The translations under genes were made by a program, and so were the position numbers. Shown piece by piece: positions 1 to 15,948 of a stretch of DNA of 64,000 nucleotides (positions are counted from its first letter, which is position 1; each line of letters opens with the position of its first letter). This DNA is from Octopus sinensis (Eukaryota). Under the pieces are notes generated by a model. That model was not told the origin of the DNA. It searched no databases and worked only from the letters and a program-made list of their open reading frames with translations. The stretch covers positions 66,092,001 to 66,156,000 of the forward strand of contig NC_042998.1 of NCBI RefSeq assembly GCF_006345805.1, in the 5' to 3' direction.

Positions 1-259
1 AAATGAATGTGTTGTTTAAGAAGGAAGTGGTGCCATCCGGTGAATATGTGTAAAGTTGCTGGACAGTAGCAAAATAGTTAGAGTGAATAACCCTATTCTA
101 AGCATGCGCCTGTAGATTACAGAGCAACAATTGTGAGAGGGATCTGTGAAGTTCCTTCATTGGCCATAACTGGAGTTTTTTTCTGTAACAGGTCACGACT
201 GTTTCAATCATGTTCTCACATACTTTGTATACTTTGTATTTGGCCGACTTTTCCATTTC

Positions 260-960
260 TTTCTTCTGATCCTTAATGGTCTAATGGAAAGCGCCAGGTA
301 TCCACTACCAGCAGGCTAAGGTGACACTTGTTAGCTGGTCTTGCTTCAAGAACCCTGCGAAGAATTGCACTTCGAAGCTATGTTGAGTTTTGTAAGTGTT
401 CTACCTTCACATCTGCACCAGTCATTTCCAGCCATGCTGGTAGTTGGGTGCTGATACTACCAAGTGCACCAATTACTATTGGTATCACGTCTACTCTCTT
501 CAGTGACCACAATCTTCGTATTTCCCATTTCAAATCGTCATAGTTGTTAATTGTTTTCCCCTTCTTCTTTCACACTGATCCTGTTGTAACAGGGTCATGC
601 TATGTCAATTATCATGCATGTTCTTTCTTTTTCATTTACCACAACAATGTCCGCTTTCGGATTTCTGGTTAGGTGAACGCACTGGAACATTATTTCCCAC
701 AGGATTTTTCAATTCTCATTTTCGGACTCCTTCTGGAGTTCGCTCATTCACGTCTTTGCCCTTTTTAGGCCGTAATTTCCACAGAGCTCCAAAGAGATCA
801 TTCTTTTCACATTTTCATTGCCTCTTTTGTATTCACAATATGTAAATTTCGGGCATTCGTTAACTATGCCCATACAGGTTCAGCCCTCTAACCACACATT
901 CTGTATTTGTCGCTATTGGTAGTGTTGTTTATTCTGCATTTTATATAATTGGTCCTTAAC
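260..960 (-). mobile_element. Degenerate R4/Dong-like non-LTR retrotransposon fragment (zinc knuckle + RLE C-terminus)
   Basis: Manual minus-strand translation gives interrupted motifs LRTNYIKCRI, KYRMCG, EYKR, KILWE, PKADIVVV-IIDIA, YDDLKWEIRRLW and VIPIVIGALG, typical of RLE-type retrotransposon C-termini; many stops and frameshifts. Confidence 0.8.
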
Positions 961-1135
961 GCTTCTTCTACTTCCTCTTCTTCTTTTTCTTCTTCTTCTT
1001 CTTCTTCTTCTTCTTCTTCTTCTTCTTCTTCTTCTTCTTCTTCTTCTTCCTTCTTCTTCTTCTTCTTCTTCTTCTTCTTCTTCTTCTCTTCTTCTTCTTC
1101 TTATCTTCTTCTTCTTCTTGTCTTCTTCTTCTTCT
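961..1135. repeat. (TTC)n microsatellite
   Basis: Long near-perfect TTC run; source of the poly-S/F/K/R ORFs. Confidence 0.97.
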
Positions 1136-1205
1136 CAATATTATTATTGCTTCCTTCACGATGTTTATTTCTTTGCAATATAGCAATAATCTCTTGTTTT
1201 GGTAG

Positions 1206-1240
<35 letters not shown>

Positions 1241-1798
1241 GAGTGAGAGAGCAGTGCATGCCATCAAAGTGACACTCGGGTAAAATATACGAAGCCCAGT
1301 ATACCCATCATGACTACCCGTCTGATAAGGGTACATTAGGCATATGCATCACAACCATACGTGCGCAACATGGTGATCTCAAATCAAAATAAACAGCACA
1401 TGACCTTGCAGGTGGGGCCCAGTTACAATTTTCTTCTGGTTGAGTAGCCCATCCCGCTCAAAAGGTCCTTGAATAAGGATTGTTTAAGGATGTTGAATGA
1501 ACCACCCGTGTTTCCAAAGGTGAAATATCCAAACTTCTAGGAATTCCTTTCAACACATGGCTATGATGCTCCCCCACTACTTCTGCTCGTGATCAGAGAT
1601 GCACATATCGTCAGCCACTAAGGGACATGGTCAACTGGTTAAGGTCAAACAACTGACAAGCAAATCTGTGGTATTGAGCAGAATATTTGCTGTAGCCCAT
1701 CTTTTATACCAAGAGAAAACAATGTACATGATAACACTTCCAATCAGTTAAGATCAGAAGCCATGAGAGCCACTGCCTTGTACTGCATCAGGGCATTT
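1241..1798 (-). mobile_element. ~560-bp (TAA)n-flanked non-coding module, copy 1
   Basis: Starts GAGTGAGAGAGCAGTGCATGCC, ends CTGCATCAGGGCATTT on +; highly similar to copies at 4937 and 7510; TTA tracts on both sides. Strand inferred from co-orientation with neighbouring LINEs and the (AAT)n tail. Confidence 0.85.
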
Positions 1799-1814
1799 AT
1801 TATTATTATTATTA

Positions 1815-1859
<45 letters not shown>

Positions 1860-1905
1860 CATCATTATTATCATTATTATCATCATCATCATCATTATTA
1901 ATATT

Positions 1906-4130
1906 ATTTTCTCTTGATGATAGGAGTTGGTGGAGCTCCTGGAGTCTGACATGCATAGCTGGCTTACTACCTTCATCTTACTCTACCATGCTATTCTTTC
2001 TTTTCAGATATTCAATACTGTTCTGATTATTCTGGCCGTGCGAACGAGGCAAAATTTCTGACAGTTCTGCTGGGCACTCCATTCCACTTTACTTTATATT
2101 ACTCTTGATGCCTTCAGATACTGTTCCCAAGGACCCACCATCATTTGGCACTATCTTACTTTCTTCATTTTCCATAGCCGGGCAATTTCGTAATTAAGAG
2201 GGTTGTATCTATCTAACTTTCCGCCTTCGTTTTTGAATATTATTGGGTCAAAATGGCGTGCAACATCAACTTTATAGCATATATTGTGCACCTTGTCTAC
2301 CACTACTAGCTCCGGTCTATTATGCTCTTTCACCTGATCTGTTCAGATTGGGAAGTTCCACACTTGTTGCAAACTGTCCAATGGACAAACCTTGCTATAT
2401 TGTCATGACGTCTCTTATATTCTTTCTGGGCAAGTGGCCTACATTCATTGGTAATAAGTGATAGAGTCACACAATCTTGTCCACAAATTCTGCACGTATC
2501 ACTTTCTGATGTGCTGCGTATTCTGTATTTGACGTAATTCGTTCTTAGTGCGTGCTGTTCGGCAGTACAGTTTATAGCCTCCGTCTCCCATTTTGTCATC
2601 CATAGACATATTGTTTCGCTGTCTTTCTTATCTTCAACATCCCTATGAAATTGTTCAAGCATTCTTTCTTTATCCACATATTTTCAGTTTCATTCATTCT
2701 GAAGTGCTTGTATAGTACTTTATTTTTGCCATCTTCCATCTTACATAAGCCTGAGCTTCTTACTTCCAATAATAGTGGTTCTGTGTCATTTTTTACATAC
2801 CCTGCTCTATTGTTTTCTGCTCCAATGATGTGTTCCATCCAATCAGTCCTTTCCTCCTCTTATTCTTGGTACATATTGTCACTCTGTGCCACGTTTTGGG
2901 TGGAATAACTCATTTCTGTCTAAGCTGTTTAGATCGTCTACTGTCTATGCGATTACTCCTGCTTCATATCTAAGAGTGAAAGCGCCCAGGTGTTTACAGA
3001 TTCGATCTTATTCTGTCCGTTTAATTTCGACTTAAGGCTGCGTCTCAGTCTGCGCAAATACTCCACCTTAAATTTTTTGTCATTTGTTTCTCCATCAATT
3101 TATCCATATCCCAAATCCCCAAGTACGTATAGCTCGTCTCTTCTATCTGCTTCATATCCCCCACTGATGGTATCCCTAGCCTGTCCATACATTTGATTTT
3201 ATCTCTCTTGAAGACGAACACACCACACTTTTTCAGTTCGAAAACCATTATAATATGAACAATGAAAGTGTAAACCGTATCAATGAGGGAACTGTCTTGG
3301 GTTTCATGTTTACCATAAAGTTTGAGGTCATCGAAGAATAATAAGCGGTTGACATTTTGTTGGTGGCTTTTGAATACATGCCCAGTCTTTGCCTTCTTCA
3401 GAATTAGTGTTAATGGTATCATGCACAGTAAAAAGTTCAGTGGGGTGCCTCTCCTGATTTCTATTGTTCCTAAACTTCTTCCATATGCTGTCATTTCCGC
3501 CCTCCAGCTCACCAAACGTCTTCCAAGCAATCACTCAACTTTCTATGCAATACCAAATAGGTTCATACATTGCGTAATCCAAGAATGCGGGATCATTTCG
3601 TACGTCTTACGATTATCGATACATGACATGGCTAAGTTAGTATTCATCCTCTTGCAGTCTCTATGTACAGTTTTGTCAACCAGGAGTTGATACTTGGTAC
3701 CTCTGCACGTACGCTTGCAACCCTTCTACAATGTCCGTACATTGACTCTGCCTCTATTCAAGTCAATAATTTCAGCATAAGCGGCAAGCAAGATGTCGGT
3801 TTGTAACTGTCCACCGAATTGCATTTTTCGATTTCCTTTTTATTTTTAAACACAGCACCATTCTACCTATTCTCAACCACTCTAGTGTTACTTGGTCGGC
3901 ATTTAACAAGGTGTTTTAGTTGTGCAGTTATTCGCGCATGACATTCATAAATCTCTTGATCCATTAGCCTTGAACTCTATCTGGTACCGTGGCCCGTTTT
4001 TTTTTGGGGGGGTGGTGGTTATGATTTCCTTCATTTCCCTAACAGAAATTACTAGTTCTGCCTGTTTTTGGACAGATTACTGTTTGTTTCATTTCCAACC
4101 ATTCAACATCCTTCTTGTGCTCGTTGACTT
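1906..4130 (-). mobile_element. Degenerate R4/Dong-like retrotransposon, family B (RT, CCHC knuckle, RLE)
   Basis: ORF pieces 3045-3530 (LLFFDDLKLYG, TYLG), 2330-2677 (LRTNY..CRICG..EC..LAQKEYKRRHDNI), 2151-2333 (NRPELVVVD). Confidence 0.9.
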
Positions 4131-4217
4131 TACTCCAGATGTCACTCCAACAGCTTTGACTTTCAATGTCACCTTGTATCAACTTTTCATCTGTACACTC
4201 TCCATTTATAATTATTA

Positions 4218-4257
<40 letters not shown>

Positions 4258-4364
4258 GTTATTATTATTTTTGTTGTTGTTGTTGTTGATTTTGTTAATG
4301 TTGCCTTTGCACAGCTTCGAATGCTGGAGATGTACTACTGGGTCAGCTGTTCTCTACTAGTGAA

Positions 4365-4835
4365 CTAAAGTAAAACCTCTCATTTTTCGAGCACCTTCCG
4401 GAGTATTCGAGCAGTTCCAAACAGGCTGTTTTCTGCAAGTGCTCGACCCTTATTGCAGTCCCTATATGTTCCACGTACTTCTCGAGATTTTTTCTTACTG
4501 TTTCGAGGGCTCCGACAATTATGGTAATACTGCTATCTTTTTCAACCACCACAACTGCTTAATTTCCCAAGCTGACCAGTCTTATCTGTCAGCTTTTCTT
4601 TATTCCTTATCACATACCTTGTTGTCAGCTGGGCATGCAATATCTATGATCCGGCACAGTTTGTTTTCTTTCTCAATTAAGACTATGTTCGGCTTCCTAA
4701 TCTTAATCTAATGGTCGCACTGAATCATAAATTCCCATAGGATCTTATCATTTCTATTTTCGACAAGGCCTTCAGGTTTGTGGAAGTACCAATTTTTTGC
4801 CCTGTGAAGTCCATACTTGGTGCAAAGTGTTCAAG
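4365..4835 (-). mobile_element. R4/Dong-like 3' fragment (RLE domain), family C
   Basis: PNIVLIEKENKLCRIIDIACPADNK and ITIIVGALETV..EHLQKTAC (ORF 4343-4552). Confidence 0.8.
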
Positions 4836-4853
4836 GTATTATTGTTGTTGTTG

Positions 4854-4921
<68 letters not shown>

Positions 4922-4936
4922 AATAATATTATTATT

Positions 4937-7251
<2,315 letters not shown>

Positions 7252-7306
<55 letters not shown>

Positions 7307-7317
7307 GTATTATTGTT

Positions 7318-7370
<53 letters not shown>

Positions 7371-7437
7371 TATTATTATTATCATTATTATTATTATTAT
7401 TATTGTTATTGTTATTGTTATTGTAATTATTATTATA

Positions 7438-7487
<50 letters not shown>

Positions 7488-7509
7488 TATTATTATTATT
7501 ATTATTATT
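7252..7509. repeat. (TTA)n microsatellite
   Basis: ~258 bp imperfect TTA run between a LINE and the module. Confidence 0.97.
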
Positions 7510-8049
7510 GAGTGAGAGAGCAGTTCATGCCATCAAAGTGACACTGGGGTAAAATATACGAAGCCCAATATACCCATCATGACTACCCGTCTGATAAGGG
7601 TACACCAGGTACATGCATCACAACCATATGTGCGCGACATGGTGATCCCATATCAAGATAAACACCGCATGACCTTGCAGGTGGGGCCTAGTTAGAATTT
7701 TCTTCAGGTTGAGTAGCCCATACCGCTCAAACGGTCCCTGAATAAGGGTTGTTTAAGGATGTTGAAAGAACCACCCATGTTTCCAGAGGTGAATTATTCA
7801 AACCCCAAAGAATCCCTCTCAACACATGGCTATGATGCTCCCCCACTACTTCTGCTCGTGATCAGAGATGCACATATCGTCAGCCACTAAGGGACATGCT
7901 CAACTTGTTATGGTCAAACAACTGACAAGCAAATCTGTGGTATTGAGCAGAATATTTGCTGTAGCCATCTTTTATACCAAGACAAAACAATGTACATGAT
8001 AACACTCCAATCAGTTAAGATCAGAAGCCATGAGAGCCACTGCCTGGTA
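7510..8049 (-). mobile_element. ~560-bp (TAA)n-flanked module, copy 3 (slightly shorter at the high-coordinate end)
   Basis: Near-identical to copies 1-2; ends TGCCTGGTA, about 17 nt short. Confidence 0.85.
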
Positions 8050-8082
8050 ATTATTATTATTATTATTATTATATTATTATTA

Positions 8083-8140
<58 letters not shown>

Positions 8141-8143
<3 letters not shown>

Positions 8144-9090
8144 TAGTTTTATTTTTATAGCGTGCATTCACTTCACTACCGAGCGCAGCTCTGTGTGCCT
8201 TGGGTATGTGCTGTGATTCGTTGTGATGCTCTGATGGTTATTGTATGGAAAGTGTTCTGCGTAAGATGTGTGCAGTGCCTAGTAGTGCAATTTTCTGTAT
8301 GTTATATGTGTTTGTAAGTCCTGGTGTTGTTGTTATGTATTTGTCTGAATAATATTTTATCATGCCTAATGCACCTACTATGATAGGAATTGTTTCTGTT
8401 TTTAGATTCCACATTCTGGTTACCTCTATTTCCAGGTCTTTGTATTTTGAGAGTTTCTCCGTTTTTTTAGAGACACGTTGTCATCTGCAGGTATTGATAC
8501 ATCACTTAGAAAGCATTTTTTCCTTCATGATCTCTGACAACTATATCTGGTCTGTTGTACTTAATTTCTCTATCTGTGTGTATCGGCATATCCCAGAGTA
8601 TGGTTGCTTTCTCGTTTTCTGTGACCTTTTCTGGTGTGTGCCAATACCATCTTTTTTCTGTTGTTATTCCATAATGTTGGCATAGCTTCCAATGTATGTA
8701 GGTTCCAACTCTGTCATGTCTGTGAATATATTCCTTATTAGCCAGGACTGGGCAGCCAGAGATAATATGATTTATTGTCCATTTCCACATATTCTGCAGT
8801 TACTTGTTATATTTCTTTTCATTACATGTTTTTGGTAATTTCTGGTGGAGAGGCGTTGGTCTTGAGCTGCAATTAAAAATCCCTCTGTCTCTGCTTTGAG
8901 TCTTGAGCTTCTCAACCATTGCTGGGATTTTTCTTTGTCTGTTTCTTTCGCGTTTAGTTTAGTCCAGTATTCACCATGAAGGGGCTTTTCTTGCCATCGT
9001 TTTATCATGTTTCGTTGCTGTTCTATTTTTAGTTTGAATTTCATTTGTTTTATAGCTTTAGTTGTTTCTTCTTCTTCTTCTTCTTCTTCT

Positions 9091-9125
<35 letters not shown>

Positions 9126-9175
9126 TTCTTCGTCTTCTTCTTCTTCTTCTTCTTCTTCTTCTTCTTCTTCTTCTT

Positions 9176-9206
<31 letters not shown>

Positions 9207-9627
9207 TTTATTAGGTGATATGATTTCTTGTTTGTATTTGTCAGCTTCCTTAAATGCTGAGAACTGTTTTTTTTTGTTTTGCACATGTTTTGCAGCTATT
9301 TGTATCTGTTTTCCTTCCTTCTGAAGTAGATATTTTTGCAATCCTATGGTGGTTATTTTATAGTAGTTTTCCAGTTGTATAAGGCCTCTACCACCTTCTA
9401 TACGTTGTATATATAGTCTTTCTATGTCAGATTTTGCATGTTGCATCCTAGATATTGTCATTATTTTTCTTGTTTTCCTATCTATTTTGGTCAGTTCATT
9501 TAGTGTCCAGTTAAGGATATTGTAGCTGTAACTTATAACTGGGACAGCTAAAATGTTAATACCTATTATCTTGTTTTTGGCATTGAGTTCTGTTTTTAGT
9601 ATTGATCTAACTCGTCTATAATATTCT
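8141..9627 (-). mobile_element. 5'-truncated R4/Dong-like retrotransposon, family A copy 2
   Basis: Highly similar to 5622-7250; ORFs 8506-8790 (ILWD..NRPDIVVRD), 8772-9044, 9204-9461; internal (TTC)n expansion. Confidence 0.92.
9066..9205. repeat. (TTC)n expansion inside the LINE ORF
   Basis: ~46 TTC units where copy 1 has only a ~30-bp TTC/TCA run (6452-6482). Confidence 0.92.
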
Positions 9628-9849
9628 TATTATCATCATCATCATCATCATCATCACCATCACCATCACCATCACCATCATCACCACCATCATCAACACC
9701 ACCACCACCACCACTACCACTACCACCATCATCATCATCATCATTATCACCATCATCATCATCATCATCATTATTATTATTATCATTATTATTATTATTA
9801 TCATTATCATGATCATGATCATCATCATCATCATTATCATTATTATTAA

Positions 9850-9884
<35 letters not shown>
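9628..9884. repeat. Compound (ATC)/(ACC)/(ATT) microsatellite
   Basis: Direct inspection. Confidence 0.92.
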
Positions 9885-9885
<1 letters not shown>

Positions 9886-11426
9886 ACATATTTTTTACCT
9901 TTTTCTAATATTAATGGATATTGAATTGTTTAAATTTTACTATGAGAGACGTCTGAAATAGCTTACATATCGTGTGTATAGATCATTGTATACATTGCGC
10001 AATTAATTATTAATATCTGATTATATAATTTGCTCATATATTTAGTAACATCTCACATCATATGCATTACACATATCATTTAGTAATTAGGTTTATTATA
10101 TATATATATTGCGTATATATTTAATAACTGCTCATTTAATTGTTCCCCATTTATTGAGAAAAAGCTCATTTCTTAATACCGCATTTACTTAACGATATAT
10201 CATGACAGTTTCAAAATGAATCGGAAAAGTATTACAATATAACATCCTTTCAAAAATTAACATTATTCAGATATGTCTAAAGGGAGCTATACATTTGGTA
10301 GATTGTAGCTGAAATAATTGTATATTGTGTCACATTATCGTGTCATTAACTTATCGTCTAAGCTTAGTCGTAATAATTATGCTTTTATGCTTTTAATATA
10401 ATTAATGCCGACATATTCAGTGTTGATACTAAACGGTAATATTTATCTCTTAAAGCGGATTCTGCGTTAGAACACAAAGCTCTACGTTATTTACAATGAG
10501 AGAACCAATCATATGGTTTTGTGGTGTATAAAAGCCAGCGTGTTTATAATCCTCGCACGAAATAACCATTCCCTTACCTCGCAGCTACTGCAATGTCACG
10601 TGACTTTTGCCGTATGATTGACAGACGTCCGCAGCTAGATATAACAACCGATTTCTCCGTCAGTGGTGTATTTAAAATCACATTGTGTATTCAGGCATTG
10701 GTGCCGTAAATAAAAGGTAAAATAAATGTTTTTCGTGTATTCTTATAGTCATTTATTCAGATATATCATATATTTCAAGATTAACAGATTTTCATGCCCT
10801 GCATGTGTCGACTGGTTTGATTTTACGCATTCTGCAAGAGCTCAGTCTTGCCTTCTACTCGTATATACACATGCTTTACATTTTTAAATGTCTAGTGATT
10901 TCGTAACGTTGATATTTCGTAGCGAGTGTTAACAGCGTCTCATTTTCCTTGGTTTTTCAGTTTATGTATATATGCATATGTATATAACAAAACACCAAGC
11001 CTCAGGATTTTCCCCCTCTACCAATTCAGGGACGATACAACCTCGAGACAACGAATAAGTAAAGAAACGCTCTTTATTACAAAATAACTGGCCACTTCTC
11101 GACGGGGCTACGACAAACGATATATACACCTCAGCTTTAGAATAACACAAATACACACGTAAATATTACATTCCAAAGAATTCATTACAAATCAGCCCCA
11201 ATCACAGCTATAACCCATAACGTGCCAACTTCAAGTCATACAACACCTCACTACTTCCACTCATTCATATTCTCCCTTCTCTTTCTTCTCTCTTCCTCTT
11301 CTTCATCGTCATCATTATCATCATCATCATCGTCATCATCATCAACATCATCACCATCTTCTTCTTCTTCCTCTTCTGCTTCTTCTTATCCGTCTCCTTC
11401 TTCTTCTTCATCATCAACAACGTCAC

Positions 11427-11457
<31 letters not shown>

Positions 11458-11854
11458 TTCTTCTTCTTCTTCTTCTTCTGCTCCACCTTCTACTTCTTAA
11501 CTTTATCACTAATGCTTTTTAGTATAACAACTACGCAAATTCTATAAACAAACCTTTCAATAGAATATATTCTCATGAATTGAACTGCAACTGCTAGCCG
11601 CCACTGACCATTCAAAATACGACAATCAAGGCACTCCCAAATTTTCCAACCCCTTCTCCTCATCATCCTTCTTCTTCTTCTTCTTCTTCTACTACCCTAC
11701 CAAGAATTCACAACGACCTCGAACCCACAAGTGTAAACAAGAGAGACAGAGAAAGACAGAAACAAGGAAAACGCCACTTATATTTGAACACTATACAAAT
11801 ATTCCTTTAAAAAACTTTTCTTTCAAGTTTTCTAAATTTAATTATTTCATCGTT

Positions 11855-11895
11855 AGAGTTGAAAAGGTCTCAAATAACCGAAACCGGTACTGAAA
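11855..11895 (+). ncRNA. Variant minimal hammerhead-like motif (U3/A8 core)
   Basis: ag-TTGAAAA-ggt(ctcaaata)acc-GAAAC-CG-GTA-ct: stem II ggt/acc, palindromic stem III ACCGGT, GUA triplet; stem I weak. Confidence 0.45.
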
Positions 11896-11983
11896 TGTTC
11901 TTTATAAAATTATTTTATCATTTTCTATCTTGACTTGTTTTTTCATATATATCAACTCGTGTGTTCCTGTTCACCCTTATACA

Positions 11984-12027
<44 letters not shown>

Positions 12028-12071
12028 ATATATATATATATATAATATATATATATAAATGTATATATATA

Positions 12072-12449
12072 TGGGTTCTGTCCCACTGCGTGTCTTCTTG
12101 GGCAAGTATCTTCTACTACAGCCTCAGGCCATGCAAAACCTTGTGAGTGGATTTGGTAGACGGAAACTGAAAGAAGCCTGTTGTATATATATACATATAT
12201 ATATATATAAATATGTATGTATGTATATGTGTGTATGTGTTTGTCTGTCTGTGTTTGTCCCCCAACATTGCTTGACAACCGATGCTGTTTTGTTTACGTT
12301 TCCTTAACTTAGCGGTTCGGCAAAATAATCCGATAGAATAAATACTAGGCTTACAAAGAATAAGTCCTGGGGTCGATTTCTTCGACTAAAGACGGTGTCC
12401 TGGCATGGCCGCAGTCAAATGACTGAACCAAATAAAAGATTAAAAAGAG
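12072..12449 (+). mobile_element. tRNA-derived SINE, family 1 (5'-truncated)
   Basis: Head remnant GGTTCTGTCCCACTGCG, central (AT)/(GT) tract, tail GGGGTCGATTT..ATGGCCGCAGTCAAATGACTG shared with other copies. Confidence 0.88.
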
Positions 12450-12452
12450 TGC

Positions 12453-12517
<65 letters not shown>

Positions 12518-12534
12518 CCTGCATGTATGTATAC

Positions 12535-12775
12535 TGTGGCACTCCCTCGGTTACGATGACCAGGGTTCCAGTCGATCAGATCAACGGAATAATCTGCTCG
12601 TGCAATTGACGTGTAGTGGCCGACCACTCCAAGGGAGATTCAGCGTGACACAGAGTGTGACAAGACTGGCCCTTTGAAAATACAAGGTCAACAGGAAGAG
12701 GAAGAAAGGGTGAGAGAAAGTTTTGTTAAAAGAGTACAGTGTGGTTCGCCACCACCCACTACCGGAGTCTTGATA
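12535..12775. mobile_element. Short interspersed repeat fragment (SINE-like)
   Basis: GC-richer island GATCAACGGAA..GGGAGATTCAGCGTGACACAGAGTGTGACAAG that I recall as a common octopus repeat; the GTGAGAGAAAGTT segment is shared with 31097. Confidence 0.6.
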
Positions 12776-12921
12776 TTCAATATTCAAATAATATTGTTGA
12801 TATATCTTTTAGTCTTTTACTTGTTTGAGTCATTTGACTGCAGCTATACTGGAGCACTGTCTTTTGGCAGTTATATTGAAGTAGCATGGTCGCTCAGTTT
12901 TAGTACCTAATTCAACTGAAT

Positions 12922-12954
<33 letters not shown>

Positions 12955-12962
<8 letters not shown>

Positions 12963-13120
12963 GACGAGCTTTTTTTCAGTTTTCGTATATCAAATCTACT
13001 CACAAGGCTGGAGTCCGCCTGTGGCTATAGTAGAAGTCACTTGCCCAAGATGCCATATACCGAACCCGGAACCATGGAGTCGGGAAGCAAGCTTCTTACC
13101 ACAGAGCTACGCCTTCGCCT
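12955..13120 (-). mobile_element. SINE family 1 head fragment
   Basis: Reverse complement of the tRNA-like head (GAACCCGGAACCATG, CTTACCACA). Confidence 0.8.
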
Positions 13121-14449
13121 ACTAATATCATATTTTATTTCAGGAAATATGATAGTAATATTTCTAAACATTCTCTTCTCCGTTTCTATCATGGTGCCTT
13201 CTACAACGTATAATAGTAATACTCTTTGTGAATCGCAGTTTTATCTTTTCATTTCCGTTGAGTATTATGTGACGCATATTACTTGTGGTTTTTTTTTTAT
13301 TTATCTCTTTATTTATTTGTCTTTTGTAAAGAAAATCTCACGATTGTCCTTCCATATCATTTGACTTATACGTATTGTCTACGTTCTCTGCACAATTGGC
13401 TGTCTTTCGTTTGTAGGTTTTTTTTTTAAATTACTTTTAGGAAATGTAGTAAACGTAATTTTTGTCTCTAATTCCTATGAGTAATAATTTGAATGTGATG
13501 TGTATGGAAGTACGTAAGGTAGTTATGGTTACATATGTCTGCAGCAGATTTAATAACTCCCAAAAAGCGACTGTCGTTGAGATCGGCGTTTTTTTTTTTT
13601 CGTCTAAACATCCTGGTTGTCATTCCTTCTATTTCTGTACATTTGAATTATATGACAGATTATATCTCACTTCATTGAGGCATCCATTTCTTGTTACTGG
13701 CAATGTTAATGAATCATTAAATACTTTTGCAAGCACTTAGTGCTTTGCTGTTTAATATTTCATCGAGTAGTTTGTAATTCTAGCATTTGTATTGTTAGCG
13801 TGGATTTTTCATCTTTAGTAGCAGCGTGTGAGCTAATTTAAGTGTTATCATTCCCTGACACACTTCTTGAAGTGTCACTTTTCTTGTTTTAACATTTTTT
13901 CCGTATTGATTCATTGCTTGTCCATGCTTTTCAAACTGTGTTTACTTCTCTTGGCGTCGTCGCGTCATTGATTTTTGTAATTTCTCTTTATATCTTCGTA
14001 AAACAATTGCGACGTATTGTTACCAATGAATTAACGGCACCTTAGTTCATTGACGTAAATTTGTTTATCAAATTTACTGTTGTATTGTATTCCAGTTGAA
14101 AAATTCTGATCCCAACACCACCACCACCACCACTTTCTTTTTTACTCTTTCTACTCTTCTCTGGCAATTTTTGTTATTTCCAATTTTTCATTGTATGTAT
14201 TTTTCGAGTTACTTGAGTGCAGCCGTTCCAGGTTGACTATATTTGAAATTCCCACGTTCCACCAATTCAAGCGTGTTTGTTGCATGGCGCGTAGAATAAT
14301 TTATTTATCCTTTATTGATGTTCAGATTTAGCCAGTTCTCAATTGTGTTTCGTGTTACTATTTACAATACAAATTATATTTGTGTTTGTCTGACTTTGCT
14401 ATTCTGCTGCTTCACAGACATTATTTAAATATTTCCACTTTTTTGGAAG

Positions 14450-14685
14450 TACTCTTTTACTTTTTTAATTGTTTCAGTCAATTGACAGTGACTATGCTGG
14501 AGCACCGCCTTTAGTCGACCAAATCGACCCCAAGACTTATTCTTTGTAAGCCTAGTACTTATTCTATCGGTCTCTTTTTCCGAACCGTTAGGTTACGGGG
14601 ACGTAAACACACTAGCGTCGGTTGTCAAGCGATTTTAGGGGACAAACACAGACACACAAACATACACACACACATACATATGTAT

Positions 14686-14719
<34 letters not shown>

Positions 14720-14725
14720 CATATA

Positions 14726-14757
<32 letters not shown>

Positions 14758-14927
14758 CATACATATATACGGGCTTCTTTCAGTTTTCGTCTACCAAATC
14801 CACTTACAAGGCTTTCGTCGGCCCGAGGTTATAGTAGAAGACATTTGCCCAAGATTCCATGCAGTGGGACTGAACCCGGAACCATGTGGTTTGTAAACAA
14901 GCTACTGACCACACAGCCACTACTACG
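14450..14927 (-). mobile_element. tRNA-derived SINE, family 1, full length
   Basis: A-box-like TGGCTGTGTGG and B-box-like GGTTCAGTCCC on minus; full body and tail. Confidence 0.92.
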
Positions 14928-15380
14928 AAGTAGTTAAAATTTTAAACAATATGTTTTATAATTTATAGAATCTGTATTCTTCAATACTTCTCATGGTTTT
15001 GTACTTCACCTTTGATAATTGTAGATCATAATTTACCGTCCAGTATTGCTAAGCATATTAAATTTCAACCATCTCATAACCACCTCCATAACCATAACAT
15101 CTATAACTACCTCCATAAATACATTTACTGTTATATATGAAGTTCACCAGGATGGAAATACAAGAAATATATCTAAATTTCTATTATATTCATTGAGTTT
15201 ATGATGGCGAACTGACAGAATCGTAAACATTATAGTAAAAAATATTCGGTGGCATTTCTTCCGTCTATATGTTCTGAGTTCCAATTCAAGCGAAGTCAAA
15301 TTTGTCTGTAATAATTTCGGGGTCGACAAAATGAATTCAACACTGGAGTTGATAGAATCGACTTACACACTTCCCACAAA

Positions 15381-15436
<56 letters not shown>

Positions 15437-15439
<3 letters not shown>

Positions 15440-15853
15440 TAGTTTTATTTTTATAGCGCGCTTTCACTTCACTACCGAGCGCAGCTCTGTGTGCCTTGGG
15501 TATGTGCTGTGATTTGTTGTGATGCTCTGATGGTTATTGTATGGAAAGTGTTCTGCGTAGGATGTGTGCAGTGCCTAGTAGTGCAATTTTCTGTATGTTA
15601 TATGTGTTTGTAAGTCCTGGTGTTTTTGTTATGTATTTGTCTGAATATTTTTTTATCATGCCTAATGCACCTACTATGATAGGAATTGTTTCTGTTTTCA
15701 GGTTCCACATTCTAGTTACCTCTATTTCTAGGTCTTTGTATTTTGAGAGTTTCTCCATTTCTTTTAGAGACACGTTGTCATCTGCCGGTATTGATACATC
15801 AATTAGAAAGCATTTTTTTTCTTCATGATCTCTGACAACTATATCTGGTCTGT
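15437..15853 (-). mobile_element. R4/Dong-like family A copy 3 (3' end only)
   Basis: ORF 15534-15773 KLSKYKDLEIEV..IPIIVGALG..LRRTLSIQ*; same 3' UTR and (TAA)n tail as copies 1-2. Confidence 0.9.
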
Positions 15854-15866
15854 ATTATTATTATTA

Positions 15867-15911
<45 letters not shown>

Positions 15912-15948
15912 CATTATTATTATTGTTATCATTATTATTATTATTATT

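Noticed and set aside
968-1336. Recurrent peptide MYPYQTGSHDGYTGLRIFYPSVTLMACTALSL (also 4772-5017 and 15823-16044)
   Set aside because: It is the end of the 560-bp module read into the TAA tail; the frame is not preserved in length and has no domain.
13700-14400. Possible very old retrotransposon ORF remnant on minus
   Set aside because: Only vague similarity; too degraded to call.
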